Source of the DNA: Lingula anatina
Lineage: Eukaryota > Animalia > Brachiopoda
Assembly (NCBI GenBank): GCA_051362555.1
Contig: CM120642.1
Span: forward strand, 14,508,001 to 14,572,000
Reading direction: 5' to 3'
DNA length: 64,000 nt
In this document: positions 62,163-64,000 of the stretch, one piece after another
Layout: every line of letters begins with the position of its first letter
How positions within the stretch are numbered: position 1 is the first letter of the stretch
The notes under the pieces: generated by a model
Database searches by the model: none
Told to the model about the DNA's origin: nothing
The model's input: only the letters and a program-made list of their open reading frames with translations
Position numbers and translations under genes: made by a program

Positions 62163-63874
62163 TTACTTAGCTGAGGTGCAGGTGACACCAACGCTGCTGA
62201 AGGCATTAATAACATCTTGAGTGGGTAGTTTCAGATCAGCAGCTGCCTTGCGAACCCCACAGGCGCCGGTGTTAAAGGTAGCTTTGGCTCCCCAATAAAC
62301 AACGTTGGCAGTGCCAAAGACCCTGAAAGCCTTTTCCACGTTCCAACCATTGCTATTGGCTAGGTTGTAGAAAGCTTTGTTGTAAACCCCACTACTGAGA
62401 TGAACATCCATATCGGATCTGAAATCTCGGGCGTGGCCAATGGAATGCCCATCCTTTGTAGGATCGTCGAAGTACCGAAGTCCTTTACCTGCTTCTTTCA
62501 TGGAAGCTCCTCCAACGATCCAGTCGACCTTTCCGAACAGGTAATATTCTAAGGCTTCCCCGGCCATGTCCGAAAATGCTTCGTTCATACCCCCTGACAT
62601 TCCTGTATACTCAAGGTTAGAGTGGTCCTCGGTAAAACCATGGGCGAGCTCGTGAGCAACTACATTCACATCAACTAGAGGGTAGAAGGTGGTGGCACCA
62701 TTGCCGAAGAAACAGCGATCTTTGTAGTAGAAGGCATTTTCATGGTTCGTACCAAAATGAACAGCAATTTTCAAGGGACCTGGAGGTTCCACTTTCACGG
62801 CTGGTTTCTTCAACAATTTCTGAAACATCTCAAATGTCTTTTCGCTATAGAAAAACGCGTCATTCGCAGGGCTGTAACCACCGTTTGCAAAATCGTTGAC
62901 ATTGTTGAAATTATTGACACAGTCAACTGAGTAGACCTCTTTCAGGAGTTCACCCAGTCCGGGATCTTGCTCAGCAGACTTTCCCTGGACGTGATATATC
63001 TGGGTGTTTTTTGACTTTAGCGCGCATTTGCCGTTAGCCAGTTTGTCGACGGTCAGTTTTGGGAATTGGTTAGCACTGCAAGACTCAGCTTGTCGCCGTC
63101 GTCTGATTAACAACTTGTCGTCTGTGCCAACTGAATAACTCTCTTCAGTCCAATACCAGTCGTCGTCGTCGTGGTATGACGGTTCGGTCGTATGCTCGGG
63201 AGAAGCTGTAGTTGGTCCAGCGTTGGGCTGTGGGGTGCTGCTGCCGCCTCCAGTGGAACAATTCCCCGCAGGGTTACCAAAGACATACTTTCCGAACTTG
63301 AGATTGCCCCCAACTCCGCCAATTTGAATAGATTCGGTCATCAGGGATTCAAAACTTCTCAAAACTTCGCCGGTATCAGCGTCAACGATTACAACCGGGC
63401 TGGAGTAGCCGCTACCCTTTTTCGCCAGAAATTTTACGCGATAAATTAGATGGGCATATCCGCCTTCATCAGAGACTAGGAGGTCGACAACGGCTTCAGA
63501 TTTGAACGCAGATTCTGCATCACTGGTTGCGGCTATGGCGACATCGATAGCTTCCTCTATAGTTATCATCGGGTCAGTGTCGTCCAAGTCCGTTAGGATA
63601 TCCTCGAATAGCTCCCCGTCAGAAACATCGTAAAATTCCCCGTTCGAATTCTTCTCCATGACGACTACCGAGCCGTAAACCGGGATATCATTATACGTCT
63701 GTTCGAAGCGAACCTTCCGAACACCATCGACGCGTCTGAATCCTGTCACTGGACGAAAATTGTCGCCTTGTTTTAGCCCTTGGATCAGCTCAGTGGGGTC
63801 GGTGCTGGTTGTACTGATAGTGTACGCTGTTGCATCTATCTCCCTGATTGCATCAGCTGGTGACAAGCAAAAAA
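62163..63874 (-). CDS. Secreted M4-family zinc metalloprotease C (5'-partial; signal-peptide exon lies beyond the window)
   Basis: Acceptor ctctttcag at 63875 in the same phase-1 position as gene B (VFCLSPADA). Same FTP/PepSY/catalytic motifs (HELAH, NEAFSD, DVHLSSG). Nearly identical to gene B outside the inserted loop. Confidence 0.92.
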
Positions 63875-64000
63875 CTGAAAGAGAAGATCAAGACATTGAC
63901 ACTGTTTTGTAATAGAATTACTACAGGAAAACATTTTGATAAAGCTATGCAATAATGAATAAAGATGCATGTTAACAAACATATTTACAATTAAGTTGAA

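Noticed and set aside
50612-63874. Bacterial contaminant contig or prophage-borne proteases
   Set aside because: The genes have frame-preserving GT-AG introns, split signal peptides and poly(A) signals, and are interleaved with animal MITEs in non-coding AT-rich DNA. No operon-like gene density.
1-64000. tRNA/rRNA genes or autonomous transposase/RT ORFs
   Set aside because: None recognised by eye; tRNAscan-SE, Infernal and RepeatMasker runs would be needed to exclude them.

Overview
AT-rich animal genomic DNA, probably from an invertebrate (inferred from spliceosomal GT-AG introns, microsatellites, MITE/Helentron-type repeats and mosaic CpG depletion; species not determinable). Five protein-coding genes can be reconstructed by eye. 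(1) A two-coding-exon LRR-Roc-COR-CARD (MFHAS1-like ROCO) gene, + strand, 16.4-19.6 kb. (2) A 13-coding-exon SLC6 glycine-transporter-like gene, - strand, 24.1-34.7 kb, with candidate upstream exons. (3-5) A cluster of three secreted, bacterial-type M4 (vibriolysin/pseudolysin LasB-like) zinc metalloprotease genes at 50.6-63.9 kb. The M4 cluster is the standout. The genes carry spliceosomal introns and a separate signal-peptide exon, and each has a Cys-bracketed, hypervariable, glycosylation-prone loop ending in a dibasic site + Gln inserted into the mature catalytic domain. This suggests a horizontally acquired bacterial protease refitted with animal-type proprotein-convertase processing. Other content: a Helentron-type element carrying a 146-bp satellite dense in AGGTCA nuclear-receptor motifs, several MITEs with TIRs/TSDs, long palindromes and a probable non-coding first exon of a gene running off the left edge. 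No database searches were run; all family assignments come from motif recognition.
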